DNA of 64,000 bases from an uncultured Clostridia bacterium. Its GTDB lineage: Bacteria; Bacillota; Clostridia; UBA1381. Below, piece after piece: positions 50,402 to 61,275 of this stretch. Numbering within the stretch: the stretch's first letter is position 1; each line of letters begins with the position of its first letter. The notes beneath the pieces are model-generated. The model saw nothing but the letters and a program-made list of their open reading frames with translations. It made no database searches and was not told the DNA's origin. Where the stretch lies: contig CANQJC010000006.1 of assembly GCA_947624165.1 (NCBI GenBank), forward strand, positions 14,861-78,860, given 5' to 3'. The position numbers were made by a program, and so were the translations under genes.

Positions 50402-50794
50402 ATGGATATTTTCAAAATAATCTCAATAGGGCTTGTGGGAGGAATACTCTCGATGACGGTAAGGCAGTACAAGAAGGAATACGCCGCGCTTGTGGGACTT
50501 GCCGTCATAACCGTGATACTTTTTTTCACGCTTGACACACTCGGAGAAACGATACGCACCGTTTCGGACGTTACGGAAAAAAGCGGCGTGGACGCGAAAT
50601 ATTTCACCGCCGTGATAAAGGTCGTCGGCGTGGCGTATATTACGCAGTTCGCGTCGGAGATACTCCGCGACGGCGGCGAGAACGCGATAGCGGTAAAGGT
50701 GGAGCTTGCGGGCAAGGTGTTTATTTTGGGATTGACGCTGCCGATAGTGACGGAGTTTCTGGAGGTATGCATCAATGCGCTCTCTGCTGTTTAA
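50402..50794 (+). CDS. spoIIIAD: Stage III sporulation protein AD
   Basis: KVVGVAYITQF..DGGENAIAVKVELAGK. Confidence 0.93.
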   Translation: MDIFKIISIGLVGGILSMTVRQYKKEYAALVGLAVITVILFFTLDTLGETIRTVSDVTEKSGVDAKYFTAVIKVVGVAYITQFASEILRDGGENAIAVKVELAGKVFILGLTLPIVTEFLEVCINALSAV

Positions 50795-51863
50795 GGTGAT
50801 AATCCTGCTCGCGGTCTTAACGCCGCTGACGGCGCGCGCCGCGCCCGCAGATTTGCTCGGTGAAACGCCCTCGATCGCGGGTGAGGATTTTTACAACGAG
50901 ACGGTCGAAAAAATAATGTCGGGCGAAATGTCGCTCGATATAGGCGACATATGCAATATGATAACCGATAATCTTTTCGGTGAGATCAGGGAATGTGCCG
51001 CGGATATGATAATTTTATTTGTACTTGCCGCGGTTTCGGGCGTTATCACAATGATATCCTCGTCCTTCGGCAATAAATCGGTCGGCGAAGCGGCGTTTTT
51101 CGCCTGCTTCGCGCTGATGTCGGCGGCGTCGCTGAGGTGCTTTACGTCGGCAATGAACTACGGAACGGACGTTGTGACAGGTATGACGGATTTTATAACA
51201 AAGCTGTCGCCGCTGCTAATGCTGATGCTGGCGACGAGCGGATACGCGGCGAGCGCGGCGGCGTTCAGTCCCGTGATGTCGGGCGCGGTATATATCGTTT
51301 CGCTTGTGATAGATAAGTGCCTTATACCGCTCATCGTGTTCGGCGCGATACTTTCCGTGTCGGGCAACATAAGCGACAAGGTACAGCTTTCGGGATTTAC
51401 GAAGCTTGTGAGGTCCGTCTCAAAATGGATCATGGCGGCGGTGATAACTCTGTTTACGGGCGTAAGCGCGATATACGGCTTTTCTGCGCCGACGCTCGAC
51501 GCGCTCGGCGGCAGAGCGGTCAAGTTTGCGGTCGGCAGTCTCGTACCGATAGTCGGCACGTTTTTGTCCGACACGCTGGAAACCGTCGCGGGGAGTACGC
51601 GTCTTATAAAAAATTCCGTCGGTACGGCGGGTATAATCGTCGTATGCTCGATATGCCTAATACCTATCCTCAAAATCGGAGCGATACAGCTCATGTTAAA
51701 GCTCGCGGCGGCGATCACCGAGCCGCTTACGGATAAACGTATTTCCTCGATGATGTGGGATATGTCGGAATCGGTGACGGCTGTGTTCGCGGTTGTAATA
51801 ATGGCGGCCGTGCTGTTTGTCATAAATATAAGCATCATGCTTGCCGCGACGGGAGGCGGGTAG
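50775..51863 (+). CDS. spoIIIAE: Stage III sporulation protein AE
   Basis: Polytopic; KFAVGSLVPIVG..D..IKNSVG, EPLTDKR. Confidence 0.92.
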   Translation: MRSLLFKVIILLAVLTPLTARAAPADLLGETPSIAGEDFYNETVEKIMSGEMSLDIGDICNMITDNLFGEIRECAADMIILFVLAAVSGVITMISSSFGNKSVGEAAFFACFALMSAASLRCFTSAMNYGTDVVTGMTDFITKLSPLLMLMLATSGYAASAAAFSPVMSGAVYIVSLVIDKCLIPLIVFGAILSVSGNISDKVQLSGFTKLVRSVSKWIMAAVITLFTGVSAIYGFSAPTLDALGGRAVKFAVGSLVPIVGTFLSDTLETVAGSTRLIKNSVGTAGIIVVCSICLIPILKIGAIQLMLKLAAAITEPLTDKRISSMMWDMSESVTAVFAVVIMAAVLFVINISIMLAATGGG

Positions 51864-51866
51864 ACG

Positions 51867-52316
51867 ATGAAGGGATACATAATGAGCATAGTCGGCGCGA
51901 CGCTTCTTTCATCAGCCGCGCTTATGATCGCGCCGGACAAATGGCGCGGTTACATACGTCTCATAACGGGACTTGTCATAATAAGCTGTATTATCTCGCC
52001 CGTGTCGTCGGTTATCCGCTCCGATATTTTTTCCGGCTTCGAGACGGATCTCGACTATGAGGAACGCGGTCTCGATATGCGTTCGGAAATGGTCAAAAAG
52101 GAGCTTAAAAGACGCGTGGACGAGGATATCGAAGCGCGCATGAAAAAGGAATTTGATTTGTCGGTGAGCGCGGAATGTGAGATACGAATTAACGACGAGG
52201 GGGCGATCGAGGGAGTGGACGGAGTGAGGATAGAAGGGGATAAATTAACCGACCGCGCCCGCGCGCGATTGTGCGAGGTGTACGGTCTGAAACCTTATGA
52301 GGTGCGCGATGAATAA
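51867..52316 (+). CDS. spoIIIAF: Stage III sporulation protein AF
   Basis: Operon position; YIRLITGLVII..IISP. Confidence 0.85.
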   Translation: MKGYIMSIVGATLLSSAALMIAPDKWRGYIRLITGLVIISCIISPVSSVIRSDIFSGFETDLDYEERGLDMRSEMVKKELKRRVDEDIEARMKKEFDLSVSAECEIRINDEGAIEGVDGVRIEGDKLTDRARARLCEVYGLKPYEVRDE

Positions 52317-52803
52317 GGAACAAATTATAAAAATATTCAAAAATAAGAATAACCGACTGATATGTTTAATATTTATAATTGGGATTGTACTTATGGCGGC
52401 GGCGGGCGGTCATAACGAAAAAAAAGAGACCGCCGCTTCGGTGCGGGAGGTGACGGAGGAGAACGACGAAAAGCGTCTTGAGGAAATTCTTTCGCAAATA
52501 GAGGGCGCGGGCGACGTGTCGGTAATGATAACGTATTATTCGAGCGCGGAAAAAGATATCGCCTACGAAACGAAAACCGCTTCAAGAGCGGACAAGAGCG
52601 AAAGGAGCGAGGACAAAAGGGCGGTAATGACCGACGGCGAGCCGATGGTGGTGAAGGAGGTATATCCGCGCGTCAAGGGCGTTATAGTGACGGCGCAGGG
52701 CGCGGATAACAGCGCGGTCAAGTCGGCTGTCTGCGAAGCCGTCGCGGCGTCGCTCGACGTCCCGGCGCACAGGATATGTATTTATAAAAAAGAGGAGGAA
52801 TAG
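52309..52803 (+). CDS. spoIIIAG: Stage III sporulation protein AG
   Basis: LEEILSQIEGAGDVSVMIT, PRVKGVIVTAQGA, HRI. Confidence 0.92.
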   Translation: MNKEQIIKIFKNKNNRLICLIFIIGIVLMAAAGGHNEKKETAASVREVTEENDEKRLEEILSQIEGAGDVSVMITYYSSAEKDIAYETKTASRADKSERSEDKRAVMTDGEPMVVKEVYPRVKGVIVTAQGADNSAVKSAVCEAVAASLDVPAHRICIYKKEEE

Positions 52804-52807
52804 TCAT

Positions 52808-53464
52808 ATGGTTTTAAAAAAGAAGGAGATAATCGCGGCGTCGCTCGTGGTATTGATAGGAGTAGCCGGTTATCTCAACTGGTCATATCAGGACACGATC
52901 AAGGTGCGTGACGGCGAAAGTTATATCGAGACGGGCAAGAAGCTCGGCGAAGCTCAGTACGTGAACGCGGTCGACGAGAACGAGGACGCGTCCGAGGGCG
53001 AGGGAGACGCGTCGGAGGAGACGGCGGCGCAGGAGGAAGGAACCGCCAACAGTCAGGACGAGCAAAACGCGACTTCTGGAGCGCAGGATATGGCGCAGGA
53101 AAGTGCGCCGGGCGGCGCGAATTATTTCGAGCAGGCAAAGCTCAACAAGGAAACCTCGCGTTCAAAATCTCTTGAGATACTCAACCAAACAGCCGAAAAC
53201 GAAAGCTTTGACGAGGATATACGCAAAAAAGCCGGTGAAAAGGTAATAGACGTTGCAAACAACGTGGAAAAAGAAGCGGAAATTGAAAATATAGCGGCTT
53301 CAAAGGGATACGCCGAGATATGCGTATATGTGGACGACGCTGACGCAAACGTAATGGTACGTAAGGAAAATTTCGGCGACGAAGACGTGATAAAACTTAC
53401 CGAAATCGTTACCGATACGCTAAAAATTTCCGCGCAAAATGTAAAAATAGTTGAAGTTAAGTAA
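52808..53464 (+). CDS. spoIIIAH: Stage III sporulation protein AH
   Basis: VAGYLNW, KLGEAQYV, YFEQAKL, EAEIEN..KGY. Confidence 0.92.
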   Translation: MVLKKKEIIAASLVVLIGVAGYLNWSYQDTIKVRDGESYIETGKKLGEAQYVNAVDENEDASEGEGDASEETAAQEEGTANSQDEQNATSGAQDMAQESAPGGANYFEQAKLNKETSRSKSLEILNQTAENESFDEDIRKKAGEKVIDVANNVEKEAEIENIAASKGYAEICVYVDDADANVMVRKENFGDEDVIKLTEIVTDTLKISAQNVKIVEVK

Positions 53465-53525
53465 AATTTGTGATACAATGTACATAAGGTATATAATCGG
53501 AAAAGAATTTACGGAGGTAAACGAT

Positions 53526-54044
53526 ATGGAAGAAGAAATCAAAAACGTTGTTCCCGAAGAGGAAAAAGCGGAGGAAGTCGAAACCGAAGCAACGCCGAGC
53601 GAGGAGAACGCGGAGGACGAACCGATAGGCAACGTAAAAATATCGGTCGACGTCGTTTCGACTATCGCCGGCATCGCGACGAGTGAAATCGAGGGCGTGG
53701 CGGGAATGTACGGAACGTTCGCGGGCGGTATCGCGGAAATGCTCGGCGCAAAGCGCAATCCCTCTAAGGGCGTAAAGGTCGACATGAACGAAAAAACCGT
53801 GACTATCGATTTGTATATCGTTGTGGATTACGGCGTAAGAATACCCGAATTATCATGGGAAATCCAGGAAAGCGTAAAGAACAACGTGGAGACCATGACG
53901 GGACTCGAGGTCGTTAAGGTCAACATACACATCGAGGGCGTAAGCTTTGAAAAGGAAAACGCGGAGAAGATAGAGGTCGACGGCATAGACGCGCCGGAAG
54001 CCGAAGGACCCGCGGCGGAGGACGAAGCATTGATAACAGATTGA
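53526..54044 (+). CDS. Asp23/Gls24 family protein (YqhY-like)
   Basis: GNVKISVDVVSTIAG, KGVKV, YGVRIP, MTGLEV..VNIHI. Confidence 0.92.
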   Translation: MEEEIKNVVPEEEKAEEVETEATPSEENAEDEPIGNVKISVDVVSTIAGIATSEIEGVAGMYGTFAGGIAEMLGAKRNPSKGVKVDMNEKTVTIDLYIVVDYGVRIPELSWEIQESVKNNVETMTGLEVVKVNIHIEGVSFEKENAEKIEVDGIDAPEAEGPAAEDEALITD

Positions 54045-54194
54045 TAATGAAAAACCGCGGCGAGTGTGCCGCGGTTTTTTGTCGTTTTAAAACGCGTTCG
54101 CACATTCCGAAAACCGCTTGATTTTTACAGAGAATTATGGTATAGTTTATCATGTACATATACGCGTAAAAATATGAAAGGAAAATCGGTTGTT

Positions 54195-54608
54195 ATGAAA
54201 AAGCAAACGAGAAGCGAAGCACGCGACGCAGCGTTCACACAGATTTTTCAAATCAGCATGCACGAGGACGATATGGACGTTGTTTTAAGCGAGCTGCTCA
54301 GGGAGCGTCCCGAATGTGAGACGAATCTGGGATATATAACGCAGGTGACGGACGGCGTGATGCAGCATAACGGCGAGCTTGAAGAAACGATAAAGAAGCA
54401 TCTGAAAAAAGGCTGGTCGCTTTCGAGAATATCGAAGCCGTCGCTTGCCGTGCTCAAGCTTGCGATATATGAGATGAAATACGTTGACGACGTTCCGGCG
54501 AAGGTCGCGATAAACGAGGCGGTGGAGCTTGCGAAACGGTACGGAAGCGACGACGACCCGAATTTCGTAAACGGTCTGCTCGCAAGCGTCTATAAGGAAA
54601 TGTCATGA
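54195..54608 (+). CDS. nusB: Transcription antitermination factor NusB
   Basis: RSEARD, W.LSRI, VAINEAVELAKRY, FVNGLL. Confidence 0.95.
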   Translation: MKKQTRSEARDAAFTQIFQISMHEDDMDVVLSELLRERPECETNLGYITQVTDGVMQHNGELEETIKKHLKKGWSLSRISKPSLAVLKLAIYEMKYVDDVPAKVAINEAVELAKRYGSDDDPNFVNGLLASVYKEMS

Positions 54609-55537
54609 GCGCGCTCGGATTCGATACAAGCAATTACACGGCTTCGGCGGCATGGACGGACGGACGCCGCGACGACGGCGAACGCAGTATTCTCAGCGTA
54701 AGACGCGGCGAACGCGGTATACGTCAGAGCGAAGGCGTTTTTATGCACGTCAAGCTTTTGCCGGAGCTTTTTGAACGGCTTTCAAAAAGAATAAATTTAA
54801 ACGAGGTACGCTCCGTCGGCGTGAGCACGCGTCCGCGTTCGAAGGAAGGCTCGTATATGCCGGTTTTTCTCGTCGGCGAGGGCTTCGGGCGCGCGGTGAG
54901 CGCGTCGCTGGGCGTGCCGCTTTATTCGTTTTCGCACCAGGACGGACATATTATGGCGGGAATATATTCGAGCGGCGCGTTCCGCCTTTTAAACGGCGAT
55001 TTCATTTCCGTACACATTTCCGGCGGTACGACCGAGATACTTAAAAGCCGTTATGAGTGTTTGGGATTTCGCAATACTATCTTGGGCGCGACGAAGGATA
55101 TAAGCGCGGGTCAGTTTATTGACAGAATAGGCGTCGCACTCGGACTTGATTTTCCCGCGGGAGCGGAGCTTGAAAGGCTGTCGAAAGATGCGTCGGACGC
55201 TGTGAAGCTGCCCGTTTCGGTCGACGGGTGCTTTATGAGCTTTTCGGGACCGGAAACAAAAACGTCGCGCATGATCAAAGATGCGGACAGAGCCGATATA
55301 GCGGCGGGCGTTATCAAAAATGTCGCCGACGCGCTTGTGAAGACGATAAATAACGCGATCAAGGAAACGAAAATACATGACGTGCTCATAGTCGGCGGCG
55401 TCGCGTCGAACGGCGCAATAAGAAACGCGCTTTCGAAGGAGCTTGACGGAGAGGTATATTTCGCGGAGCCGTCGTATTCGACGGATAACGCGGTGGGTAC
55501 GGCGTGTCTGGCGCGTCTCGCGCACGGGGAGGAATGA
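54605..55537 (+). CDS. TsaD/Kae1-family paralog (peptidase M22-like)
   Basis: GFDTSNY, SHQDGH metal motif, ISGGTT, GQFIDR, GGVASN, TDNA. Confidence 0.85.
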   Translation: MSALGFDTSNYTASAAWTDGRRDDGERSILSVRRGERGIRQSEGVFMHVKLLPELFERLSKRINLNEVRSVGVSTRPRSKEGSYMPVFLVGEGFGRAVSASLGVPLYSFSHQDGHIMAGIYSSGAFRLLNGDFISVHISGGTTEILKSRYECLGFRNTILGATKDISAGQFIDRIGVALGLDFPAGAELERLSKDASDAVKLPVSVDGCFMSFSGPETKTSRMIKDADRADIAAGVIKNVADALVKTINNAIKETKIHDVLIVGGVASNGAIRNALSKELDGEVYFAEPSYSTDNAVGTACLARLAHGEE

Positions 55538-56718
55538 GCTTGGAAGTAAAAATCGCAACCGTTTCGCAGATAAACGGTTATGTTAAAAAGATTCTCGACC
55601 ACAATATAATATTGAATAACGTATGGATAAAGGGCGAAATATCAAATTTTAAGCGTCACACCTCCGGGCATCTGTATATAACGCTTAAAGACGAAGGAGG
55701 AGTGCTCAAGGCGGTCATGTTCCGCTCGGCGGCGTCCTCGCTCGCATTCGACCCGTCCGACGGAATGAAGGTCATGGCGCGCGGAAGAATAAGCGTGTAC
55801 GAGGCGGGCGGCGCGTATCAGCTGTACATCGAGGAAATGATACCCGACGGCGTAGGCGAGCTTTATATCGCCTACGAGAAGCTCAAGAAACAGCTTGAGA
55901 GCGAAGGACTTTTCGATGAGGAACACAAAAAGGAGATACCGCGCTTTCCGAGCAGGATAGGAGTTGTGACCGCGCCGACTGGAGCGGCTGTAAGGGATAT
56001 AATAAACGTAATAACGCGCCGTTATCCGGCTGCGGAGATAATCCTGTATCCGGCGTTGGTACAGGGCGCGGGCGCGGCTTTGAGCATAGTCCGCGCGATA
56101 GAATATTTCAACGCCGCTGACTGCGCGGACACGCTTATCGTCGGACGCGGCGGCGGCAGCATAGAGGATTTATGGGCGTTTAACGAGGAAATAACGGCGC
56201 GTGCGATTTACGCGTCGCACATACCGATAATATCCGCGGTCGGACATGAGACCGATTTCACTATCGCGGATTTTGTTGCGGATCTGCGCGCGCCGACGCC
56301 GTCGGCGGCTGCGGAGATCGCGGTACCGTCCGTACTGGAGCTTATTAACAGAATAAACGCGTCGCATAATCGCGTGACGCGCGCGATGACGGCGCGCATA
56401 GAAAACGGCAGGCTTACGCTTAAACGTTTTAAAATGAGAACGCCTAAGGACAGGATAGACGAATACAATCTCCGTGTGGATTCGCTCGTCAAGGCGGCTG
56501 AGAAAAGCGTCGGAATGAAGATAATGACGCTTAAACGCGCTTTTTCCGAGCAAGCCGCGAAGCTGGACGCGCTCAGTCCGCTTCAAACGCTTTCACGCGG
56601 ATATTCGATACCGACGCGCGGAGACGGAAGCGTCATAAGAAGCGCGGACGAAATGAAGCAGGGTATGGAATTTACTCTGCGCCTGAGGGACGGAAGCAGG
56701 GAATGTGTTGTTAAATAG
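55534..56718 (+). CDS. xseA: Exodeoxyribonuclease VII large subunit
   Basis: GEISNF..SGHLY, GRGGGSIEDLWAFN, VGHETD, APTPSAAAE. Confidence 0.96.
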   Translation: MSLEVKIATVSQINGYVKKILDHNIILNNVWIKGEISNFKRHTSGHLYITLKDEGGVLKAVMFRSAASSLAFDPSDGMKVMARGRISVYEAGGAYQLYIEEMIPDGVGELYIAYEKLKKQLESEGLFDEEHKKEIPRFPSRIGVVTAPTGAAVRDIINVITRRYPAAEIILYPALVQGAGAALSIVRAIEYFNAADCADTLIVGRGGGSIEDLWAFNEEITARAIYASHIPIISAVGHETDFTIADFVADLRAPTPSAAAEIAVPSVLELINRINASHNRVTRAMTARIENGRLTLKRFKMRTPKDRIDEYNLRVDSLVKAAEKSVGMKIMTLKRAFSEQAAKLDALSPLQTLSRGYSIPTRGDGSVIRSADEMKQGMEFTLRLRDGSRECVVK

Positions 56719-56735
56719 ATGATCGGAGGAGAACG

Positions 56736-56978
56736 ATGGACAAGAACAGTGAGAAGAAAACGTTTGAACAATCCATAACGGAGCTTGAAGAGATCGCGGC
56801 GAAGCTTGAAAACGGAAACGTGTCGCTTGACGAGTCGCTGGAGCTTTTCGAACGCGGTATAAAGCTGTCGCAAAGCTGCCGGCATATGCTCGACGCTGCC
56901 GAAAAGAAGGTTTCCGTTCTTATGACCAACGAGGACGGGGAAATTGTGAAAGAAGATTTCACGGGCGGCGAACAATGA
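56736..56978 (+). CDS. xseB: Exodeoxyribonuclease VII small subunit
   Basis: FEQSITELEEI..LE.G.VSLDESL..FERG. Confidence 0.95.
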   Translation: MDKNSEKKTFEQSITELEEIAAKLENGNVSLDESLELFERGIKLSQSCRHMLDAAEKKVSVLMTNEDGEIVKEDFTGGEQ

Positions 56979-57853
56979 TGAAAGAAAAATTAAAAGAAAG
57001 AGCCGAGCGCGTAAACGCCGCGCTCGATAAATTCATACAAACGAAGGACAATCCGCAGAGCGTGATCTACGACGCCATGAGGTACAGTCTTTTCGCGGGC
57101 GGTAAGCGTCTGCGTCCCGTGCTGATGATAGAAACGGCGAAAATGTGCGGCGGCAGCGAGGACGAGGTTATGCCCTTTGCCTGCGCAATGGAGATGATAC
57201 ACACATATTCTCTTATACACGACGACCTGCCCGCCATGGATAACGACGATTTGCGCCGAGGTATGCCGACATGTCATATAAAATTCGGCGAAGCGAACGC
57301 CATACTTGCCGGCGACGCGCTTTTGACAAAAGCGTTTGAAATCGTGTCGGGCTACAACGGGAAATATCCGTCGCGCGCGCTGAGAGCGATAGAACGGCTT
57401 GCGTCGTCGGCGGGTACCGAAGGCATGATAGGCGGTCAGATAGTCGATATAGAGAGCGAGGGAAAAAAGACGGACGCGCAGCGTCTGGAATATCTGCATT
57501 TATTGAAAACAGGAGCCATAATACGCTCGTCATGCGTCATAGGCGCGATAATGTCCGGCGCGGAGGAAAAATATACAGCCGCCGCCGACGAGTTTGCGAG
57601 GAATCTGGGTATAGCGTTTCAGATACGCGACGATATACTCGACGTGACGGGGACGACGGAGGAATTGGGCAAAACCGTCATGTCCGACGTGCGCGAAAAT
57701 AAAAGCACGTATGTAACGCTTTTCGGGCTCGAAAAAGCGGAGGAGCTGTCGGCACTGTATTCTCGGCGCGCAAAGGACGCGCTCAACGTTTTCGGCGACA
57801 GAGCGGGCTTTTTGAAGGAGCTTACGGATTACCTCATAACCAGAAGGAATTAA
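56975..57853 (+). CDS. ispA: Polyprenyl (farnesyl) diphosphate synthase
   Basis: GGKRLRP, IHDDLPAMDNDDLRRG, FQIRDDILD. Confidence 0.94.
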   Translation: MMKEKLKERAERVNAALDKFIQTKDNPQSVIYDAMRYSLFAGGKRLRPVLMIETAKMCGGSEDEVMPFACAMEMIHTYSLIHDDLPAMDNDDLRRGMPTCHIKFGEANAILAGDALLTKAFEIVSGYNGKYPSRALRAIERLASSAGTEGMIGGQIVDIESEGKKTDAQRLEYLHLLKTGAIIRSSCVIGAIMSGAEEKYTAAADEFARNLGIAFQIRDDILDVTGTTEELGKTVMSDVRENKSTYVTLFGLEKAEELSALYSRRAKDALNVFGDRAGFLKELTDYLITRRN

Positions 57854-57885
57854 AAAGGAGGGCGTGTTTCCACGCTATTAAACGT

Positions 57886-58329
57886 ATGACGTATTTACAG
57901 CAGTTCGCGTCAAACTCTGTGTTCATAACGGCTCTTTTGGGCTGGTTTGCGGCGCAGGTCTTGAAAATAATTTTGTCATGGGACAAGAAATTTGATTTTA
58001 AAAGAATAGTGGGTTCGGGCGGTATGCCCAGCTCCCATGCGTCCTTTGTCATGTCGCTTACAATGGCTATCGGATTTGAATCGGGCTTTGACAGTCCGCT
58101 TTTTGCGATATCCGCAGTCATGTCGTTCGTTGTCATGTACGACGCCGCCGGTATACGCCGCAGCGCGGGACAGCAGGCGGCGATATTGAACAAGCTTGTG
58201 GAATCGGTAGTAAAAGCCGACCGCCCCAAAACGGAAAAACGGCTCAAGGAGCTTTTGGGACATACTCCGATCGAGGTGTTCGGCGGCGCGATATTAGGTA
58301 TTATAATAGCAATTATACGGCACGCGTAA
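57886..58329 (+). CDS. Divergent PAP2 (DUF212) protein
   Basis: GGMPSSH, VMYDAAGIRR..G.QA, LKELLGHTP.EV. Confidence 0.92.
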   Translation: MTYLQQFASNSVFITALLGWFAAQVLKIILSWDKKFDFKRIVGSGGMPSSHASFVMSLTMAIGFESGFDSPLFAISAVMSFVVMYDAAGIRRSAGQQAAILNKLVESVVKADRPKTEKRLKELLGHTPIEVFGGAILGIIIAIIRHA

Positions 58330-58422
58330 TTGCCGTATGCCCGCGAAAATACAACACGCCGCGCGTATATTGACATTTCATGGGCTGTAGTGTAAAATAA
58401 AACTAAACGCACAGGAAAGGAA

Positions 58423-59616
58423 ATGAGAACAATGGGAAAAAGATTGTTTACATCGGAATCCGTAACTGAGGGACATCCCGATAAAATATGCGACCAGATT
58501 TCCGATGCGATACTTGACGAAATTTTGAGAAACGACCCTATGGCGAGGGTCGCGTGCGAGACTACATGCACGACGGGTATAATCTCGATCATGGGCGAGA
58601 TAACGACCTCGTGCTACGTGGATTTCCCAAAGCTTGCCAGACAGGTCGTTCTTGACATAGGCTACGACAGGGCGAAGTACGGCTTCGACGGCACTACCTG
58701 CGCCGTCGTAACGGCAATAGACGAGCAGTCTCCCGACATAGCTCAGGGCGTGAACCTGGGTTACGAAAACAGGGAGGAGGGCGGCGTCGACGACGACAAT
58801 TCGACGGGCGCGGGCGACCAAGGTATGATGTTCGGCTACGCGTGCGACGAAACGCCGGAATATATGCCGATGCCTATTTCGCTTGCTCATAAAATGGCGA
58901 AACGGCTCACCGAGGTACGCAAGGACGGAACGCTCGACTATCTGCGTCCCGACGGAAAAACGCAGGTGACTGTCGAATATGACGACGACAAGCCGATAAG
59001 AGTCGATACGGTCGTCGTTTCAAGTCAACATTCGCCAGAAGTCGATATAAGTAAGCTCAGAGACGACATAAAAAGAGAGGTAATTCTTCCCACCGTACCG
59101 CAGGGACTTATAGACGAGGACACAAAATTTTTCATTAACCCGACCGGCAGATTCGTCGTGGGCGGTCCCGCGGGTGACAGCGGTCTCACGGGCAGAAAAA
59201 TTATAGTCGATACATACGGCGGTTACGCGCGCCACGGAGGCGGCGCGTTTTCCGGAAAAGACCCGACAAAGGTCGACAGAAGCGCGGCGTATGCGGCGCG
59301 TTGGGTAGCAAAAAACGTTGTCGCCGCAGGACTTGCCCGCAAATGCGAGGTACAGCTTGCTTATGCGATAGGAGTGGCGAATCCCGTTTCGATAATGGTC
59401 GATACGTTCGGAACCTCGTCCGTGCCGGAGGAGAAAATAGAAAAGGCGATAGAAAGCGTATTCGATTTGAGACCTCAGGCTATTATCAAAACGCTTGATT
59501 TGAGAAAGCCGATATATCGCCCCCTGGCGTCATACGGACACATGGGACGCGAGGATTTGGGAGTGCCGTGGGAGAAACTCGACATGGCGGACGCTCTCAA
59601 AAAGGCGGTGGAATAA
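58423..59616 (+). CDS. metK: S-adenosylmethionine synthetase
   Basis: [35 protein letters not shown]. Confidence 0.98.
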   Translation: MRTMGKRLFTSESVTEGHPDKICDQISDAILDEILRNDPMARVACETTCTTGIISIMGEITTSCYVDFPKLARQVVLDIGYDRAKYGFDGTTCAVVTAIDEQSPDIAQGVNLGYENREEGGVDDDNSTGAGDQGMMFGYACDETPEYMPMPISLAHKMAKRLTEVRKDGTLDYLRPDGKTQVTVEYDDDKPIRVDTVVVSSQHSPEVDISKLRDDIKREVILPTVPQGLIDEDTKFFINPTGRFVVGGPAGDSGLTGRKIIVDTYGGYARHGGGAFSGKDPTKVDRSAAYAARWVAKNVVAAGLARKCEVQLAYAIGVANPVSIMVDTFGTSSVPEEKIEKAIESVFDLRPQAIIKTLDLRKPIYRPLASYGHMGREDLGVPWEKLDMADALKKAVE

Positions 59617-60947
59617 TGCGGATAAGCCTTTCGGAGCATTTTACTTACCCGAAGCTTCTGCGATTTACGTTTCCGTCCGTAATAATGATGATATTCATGT
59701 CGATATACTGCATTGTCGACGGAATATTTGTATCCAATTTTGTTGGTAAAACGCCGTTCGCGGCGGTCAATCTTATCATGCCGTTCCCGATAATTTTGGG
59801 AACGGTCGGTTATATGCTCGGTACGGGCGGCAGCGCGCTCGTATCGAAAACGCTCGGCGAGGGCGACGGGGAAAAGGCAAACGGATATTTCTCCATGATA
59901 GTGTTCGCCGCCGTGATAAGCGGCGTAACGCTTGCCGCCGCCGGCGAAATATTTCTCCGTCCCGTCGCGAAGCTTCTCGGCGCGGACGGCGATATGCTCG
60001 AATACTGCGTCAGATATTCGAGGATCCTGCTCGCCGCGCTGCCGGCGTTTGTTTTGCAGAATGTTTTTCAAAGCCTTTTGATCGCGGCGGAAAAACCGAA
60101 CGTCGGACTTGGGCTTACGATTATTGCGGGAGTTACGAATATGGCTCTCGATTTTCTTTTTATCGCCGTATTTAAATGGGGCGTGGAGGGAGCGGCGGCT
60201 GCCACGGGTATAAGTCAGACTGTGGGCGGCGCGGTCCCGCTCGTATACTTTCTGTGCCGAAACGATACGCCGTTTCGCATACGCCGCACGCGTATGGAAC
60301 CAAAGCCGCTCATAAAGACCTGCACGAACGGCTCGTCGGAAATGCTTTCCAATATCTCCGCGTCGCTCATCGGTATGATCTATAATTTTCAGCTTATGCG
60401 TATTACGGGCGAAAACGGTGTCGCGGCATACGGAGTTATAATGTACGCGAATTTCATATTTACCGGCGTGTTCTTCGGGTACGCGCTCGGCAGCGCGCCC
60501 GTCATAAGCTATCACTTCGGCGCGGAAAATTATGACGAGCTGAAAAGTCTGTTCAAAAAAAGCGTCGTTCTGCTGTGCTTGTCAAGCGTCGTTCTCACGT
60601 CGCTCGCGCTGCTCTTTACGCCGCCGCTGTCGAAGATCTTCGTCGGCTACGACCGTGAATTGTTTTATCTCACGTGCAGGGGCTTTAGATGGTATTCGCT
60701 CTCGTTCCCGCTTATGGGATTGAACGTTTTCGGCTCATCGCTCTTTACCGCGCTTAACAACGGCGCGGTCTCCGCAGCCGTCTCGTTTTTGAGAACGCTT
60801 GCGTTTCAGGTGCTCGCCGTGCTTATCCTGCCCGTATTCTTCGGAGCGGACGGCATATGGACAGCCGTTATAGCGGCTGAAGCAGCCGCGCTCGCGGTCA
60901 CGGCGGCGTTTGTTATCAAGAACAAAAATAAATATCACTATATGTAA
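59616..60947 (+). CDS. MATE family efflux transporter
   Basis: About 12 TM; VDGIFVSNFVG, GVEGAAAAT, ISYHFGA. Confidence 0.92.
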   Translation: MRISLSEHFTYPKLLRFTFPSVIMMIFMSIYCIVDGIFVSNFVGKTPFAAVNLIMPFPIILGTVGYMLGTGGSALVSKTLGEGDGEKANGYFSMIVFAAVISGVTLAAAGEIFLRPVAKLLGADGDMLEYCVRYSRILLAALPAFVLQNVFQSLLIAAEKPNVGLGLTIIAGVTNMALDFLFIAVFKWGVEGAAAATGISQTVGGAVPLVYFLCRNDTPFRIRRTRMEPKPLIKTCTNGSSEMLSNISASLIGMIYNFQLMRITGENGVAAYGVIMYANFIFTGVFFGYALGSAPVISYHFGAENYDELKSLFKKSVVLLCLSSVVLTSLALLFTPPLSKIFVGYDRELFYLTCRGFRWYSLSFPLMGLNVFGSSLFTALNNGAVSAAVSFLRTLAFQVLAVLILPVFFGADGIWTAVIAAEAAALAVTAAFVIKNKNKYHYM

Positions 60948-61071
60948 AAAACGGCGTTACAGCCGTTTTTTTTGTTTCCGCTTTACGCGCTTTTTTCACG
61001 AAAATTACTCGGCGCACATAATATAAATTACAGACTGTCACGTCTGAAAAAATGAAAAGGAGTTGTTACTA

Positions 61072-61275
61072 ATGGCAGAAACTAACGGATTATGCTGTAA
61101 GTATCCCGAATGCGGCTGCGTAGGCTACGCTTATGTTCCCGTGCAGGAAATGGGAGACGTGTACGATCCGTGTACAGGACTTACCGAGGGTACGATATTT
61201 CCCGATTTGGATTTAGATATGTGCGAGTACGGCAAGGTATGCAAACAATGGGGAGGGGCGGAAAATGGACAGTAA
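61072..61275 (+). CDS. cotJA: Spore coat associated protein CotJA
   Basis: GYAYVPVQ..YDP..GL..GTIFPDL; directly upstream of cotJB. Confidence 0.88.
   Translation: MAETNGLCCKYPECGCVGYAYVPVQEMGDVYDPCTGLTEGTIFPDLDLDMCEYGKVCKQWGGAENGQ

Noticed and set aside
58330-58431. SAM riboswitch upstream of metK
   Set aside because: TTGACA-17-TAAAAT lies only about 25 nt before the start codon, leaving no room for S-box or SMK motifs.
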